A stretch of DNA of 32,544 nt from a virus (taxonomy: Duplodnaviria; Caudoviricetes), in IMG/VR virus record IMGVR_UViG_3300006127_000060, positions 1 through 32,544 of that record. One strand, written 5' to 3'. Below are positions 30,883 through 32,544 of the stretch, piece after piece. Under the pieces are notes generated by a model, which saw only the letters and a program-made list of their open reading frames with translations, did not search any database and had not been told where the DNA came from. Made by a program: the position numbers and the translations under genes. Each line of letters begins with the position of its first letter. Positions within the stretch are counted from its first letter, which is position 1.

Positions 30883-32544
30883 ATGGCCGATTATACGATC
30901 AATCTAAATAATTATAAGGCAAGTGGCGTTTACACAGTCGAAGTCGATCAAAGCGAAAACGTAGTACTGCCTCTCACGACAGGTAGGCTAATTGTTGGAT
31001 CTAGTAGAGTAGGTCCATTTAATACAGTCGTTCTAATAAACGACATGAGAACTCTAAAGGCGGTCTTTGGAGACATCGATCCTAAATTGGAAAAGGCAGG
31101 TAGCTTCTTCCATAGATCAATTGAGGTCGCTCTAAGAGAAGGACCGGTGTTTGCTCTTAATGTTATGCCTCTAGACACAACGCTGGATCCAATGGCAAAT
31201 CTGGATCAGGCATACTTTACAACATTCAATACTGAAGCGGCATCAAACAATAACGATCAAACAACAGTAGTAAACACATATCCTGTTGTTAATTTCTTTA
31301 ATCGTCGTAGACTCTGGTTTGCAGATTCTGCACAGTTGAATCTTACTAAGAATATTGCATTAGGCGACGATCCAACACAGCCTGATTTTGGACAAGTTAC
31401 TGAACAGTCAAACAAGATACTTTCATTTGTAAACCTAGGAAATAGCAATGTTACAATATGGGTAAGAAAGGCTGCGATAACAGGATACGACCTTACTGCA
31501 AAAGAATGGTACTCAACAATCGGTACTGGAATCTCTTTCCCTAGTTTTGTTCACCCTGACGACCTTATCTCTGACTATTTTGTAGAGGTAATCGCAGTTA
31601 GTGGAGACTGGTCAAACTACCTAAGACTTTCAAAAGATCCAATATACAAAGCATATTTCGATGAGTCTGGATTAAAAGCAGCAAGTGCGGCTAACTTCTT
31701 TGCTCTTCGTGAAATAACGGTGGTTAACAGAACAGTAGGCTGTCTTATCCCTGATTTTAATGATCAGACTGGATCTACAGTAGCAATTGATCGTCTAATA
31801 AACAGAGCATTTGCTTCTACTGGAATACTTTGTGCTCTTGATACGGAAAAGCTTGATTTGATCAACCTTGCCGATTCATCATACAATGATCAATCGGTTG
31901 AAACATATCGTGTAGACATTGTAGGACAAGGATACGATGATCTAGTATACTTTGCAGATAACGGAGGATATGATACCAATCTTACAACTGAGGTTGCACC
32001 AACTCCATTGATAGATACAATAAGCTATAGAAGACCAGGTAATTCTAGCTTAATTTTTAAGATGGACAGCACAATTGCTGAATCTACAATATCAGCAACA
32101 ATTGCAAACGGAGAGCAGTATCTTATAACTACACCATCACCTATTGTAGACTATATTATTGCTACTGAAAACAGCAAGATGTACGAAGCATATATGGGAG
32201 GATTCCTAAAAACTGGAGACCGTGTGGTAGACGGAACACATGTGTACTACATAAAAATAACAGACGGTCTTATTGCAGGTTCTCCATCAATCAAATACAT
32301 AAGAATTGATGCTTACTCAGACATAACTCTTACTAACGTTGTAAGCATGGCACACTATGCTACAGCCAGCCCAGTAAATACATACGTTAAGGTTGAGCTT
32401 GCAAGCGGCTCAGACTTTAAGCATACATTTAGCTTAACGTCTGATTTTGTCAGCTATTCAATAACCCAGCCAAATAAATTGACCATTGAATTTGCATCTG
32501 CAAATAAAGCAGCAATTGATGAGTTCATCAAGACTAATCAGTAC
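30883..32544 (+). CDS. gp18: Tail sheath protein (T4 gp18-like), truncated by the window edge
   Basis: Not in the ORF track, consistent with no stop before the edge. Manual translation MADYTINLNNYKASGVYTVEVDQS...LIVGSSRVGPFNTVVLI...VFG matches the sheath N-terminal GVY..E.D / GP / FG pattern. Confidence 0.8.
   Translation, partial: MADYTINLNNYKASGVYTVEVDQSENVVLPLTTGRLIVGSSRVGPFNTVVLINDMRTLKAVFGDIDPKLEKAGSFFHRSIEVALREGPVFALNVMPLDTTLDPMANLDQAYFTTFNTEAASNNNDQTTVVNTYPVVNFFNRRRLWFADSAQLNLTKNIALGDDPTQPDFGQVTEQSNKILSFVNLGNSNVTIWVRKAAITGYDLTAKEWYSTIGTGISFPSFVHPDDLISDYFVEVIAVSGDWSNYLRLSKDPIYKAYFDESGLKAASAANFFALREITVVNRTVGCLIPDFNDQTGSTVAIDRLINRAFASTGILCALDTEKLDLINLADSSYNDQSVETYRVDIVGQGYDDLVYFADNGGYDTNLTTEVAPTPLIDTISYRRPGNSSLIFKMDSTIAESTISATIANGEQYLITTPSPIVDYIIATENSKMYEAYMGGFLKTGDRVVDGTHVYYIKITDGLIAGSPSIKYIRIDAYSDITLTNVVSMAHYATASPVNTYVKVELASGSDFKHTFSLTSDFVSYSITQPNKLTIEFASANKAAIDEFIKTNQY

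Overview
A 32.5 kb segment of a large T4-like (probably jumbo) myophage genome. Replication, recombination, repair and nucleotide-metabolism genes run on the - strand: two-subunit type IIA topoisomerase, DinG/XPD helicase, HAD phosphatase, Fpg/Nei glycosylase, dCMP deaminase, a thymidylate-synthase-fold enzyme, gp46/gp47, gp41 helicase, UvsX, a family B polymerase fragment and a gp56-like dCTPase. Three + strand virion-type modules interrupt them: small putative head proteins plus a tail tube; a collagen-like fibre plus a G8/beta-helix protein; and a tail sheath running off the right edge. The most notable observations are (1) a glycosylase strikingly similar to animal NEIL1, with a zincless finger; (2) a probable cytosine-modification pathway (gp42-like enzyme with the dCMP-specifying Asp, dCTPase, dCMP deaminase); (3) a PolB that stops between motifs A and B with no partner in the window; (4) a Gly-X-Thr collagen fibre close to a GT2-TPR glycosyltransferase; (5) two strand-specific promoter motifs, AACT-N15-GTAWWA on - and RATAAATA on +. 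All family calls come from motif recognition and recalled reference sequences; no searches were run.
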